Below are positions 62,949-64,000 of a stretch of 64,000 nt of DNA, in pieces. The notes beneath the pieces are model-generated. The model did not search any database. It had not been told where the DNA came from and saw nothing but the letters and a program-made list of their open reading frames with translations. Both the position numbers and the translations under genes were made by a program. Location: positions 790,440 through 854,439 of the forward strand of contig NMRA01000067.1 in NCBI GenBank assembly GCA_002633005.1, given 5' to 3'. The stretch comes from Phoronis australis (lineage: Eukaryota > Animalia > Phoronida). Numbering within the stretch: position 1 is the first letter of the stretch; each line of letters opens with the position of its first letter.

Positions 62949-64000
62949 AACTTGTGCGTTTGTAATAGTTGTTACGTGGCCCTTTACATCAATTTCTGTT
63001 TACAAAAACGGGCAACATAACGGTGAACTAGCTACTAAAATACAATTGTTCTAGACAACACTATTTTGATTCACTTACTAACAAGTTGATATACCCTGAA
63101 AAACGATTATAATTGCAATCACCAATAAGGAAATGCATAATGTAATCTCGAGTTTTGATTGTCACAAGCCTTGTCTGAGCACCATGAATGAGCTTGGTTA
63201 TGCATTTCCAAACAACAGTGTGCTGTTTCCAGTCATACTTCAGTTTTAGAGCTACATAGGAAAAATCACTGATAGTCATACTAAAGATCCCAGTACTTTG
63301 ATCTCACATTAAAATGATATCAATATCAATACCCACAAAGTCAAGACACTATAAGTTTGCTTTGTTCAGAAATCAAAGCCAGTCTGCTCTGAGTGTGTGT
63401 GCACAGCTCCCTCTGTAAAGATCTGGGATAATAAGTACTAGTGAAGCCGGTGAGGCAATGAGAGCCACAAATAATAGACATGACTGCCATCCCATGTTGA
63501 AGAACCCCCTGGCGTCCAGCACCCTGCTGGCTCAGGCTAGGGAAAGTCATTCACTGTCCAGTGAAAAAAATGCGTGAGAAGAGACCTGAAGATAATTCCA
63601 CCTTGATCCTCACTTGGCTTCACAGAACAAGTAACGAGTAGCGCTACATCCTGGATGAAACGTCGCAATGTTTTCAGTTCAAAGAAACATTCACGCTACT
63701 GTACACAACCACATGGCATAATAACAGCAGACTTTTAAAACTGATTATAGTTTCAATGCTCTTGCAAAAACATCTTTAGTTTCCATGCAGCATATTAAAA
63801 GGAATCTACTGCAAATGATCAATTGCAGTTATACTCATTCAAGAATTATAGTGATTTATTGCTATTCTATTGACTGCCACGTTTGCAGGTGAATTGGAAA
63901 ATACTAAAAAATAATTCAGTATTCAGTCCTTTAGAATGTACTTTGATGACATAGACTTTGTTGGCACTGCCTATGGGCACTCTCGATATAACTGTTAGCC

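Overview
AT-rich eukaryotic (animal) draft-assembly window with several N gaps. It is probably a marine invertebrate or lophotrochozoan; this is inferred from the repeat types and the TRAF RING style. There is one convincing host gene: a spliced TRAF2/3-like adaptor on the + strand. It has 8 phase-compatible coding exons at 37017-53437 (about 513 aa; RING, zinc fingers, coiled coil, MATH). Most of the rest is a mosaic of mobile DNA: L1/Tx1 and CR1/RTE-X-like LINEs, a decayed Ty3/Gypsy element, solo/orphan LTRs, THAP-bearing P-like and Kolobok DNA transposons, Harbinger- and hAT-type MITEs and a tRNA-derived SINE. A tandem (or haplotype) duplication lies upstream of TRAF. The most unusual items are: (1) a Gypsy element bounded by INVERTED LTR ends yet flanked by a 5-bp TSD; (2) an antisense LTR in a TRAF intron carrying perfect heat-shock elements next to a TATA box; (3) a regularly spaced CTCF-motif array, plus CTCF motifs in several unrelated TEs; (4) an inverted MITE pair bracketing TRAF exon 2; (5) non-canonical RING and receptor-binding residues in TRAF. 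All coordinates and alignments were read by eye, so TE boundaries without a TSD are approximate.
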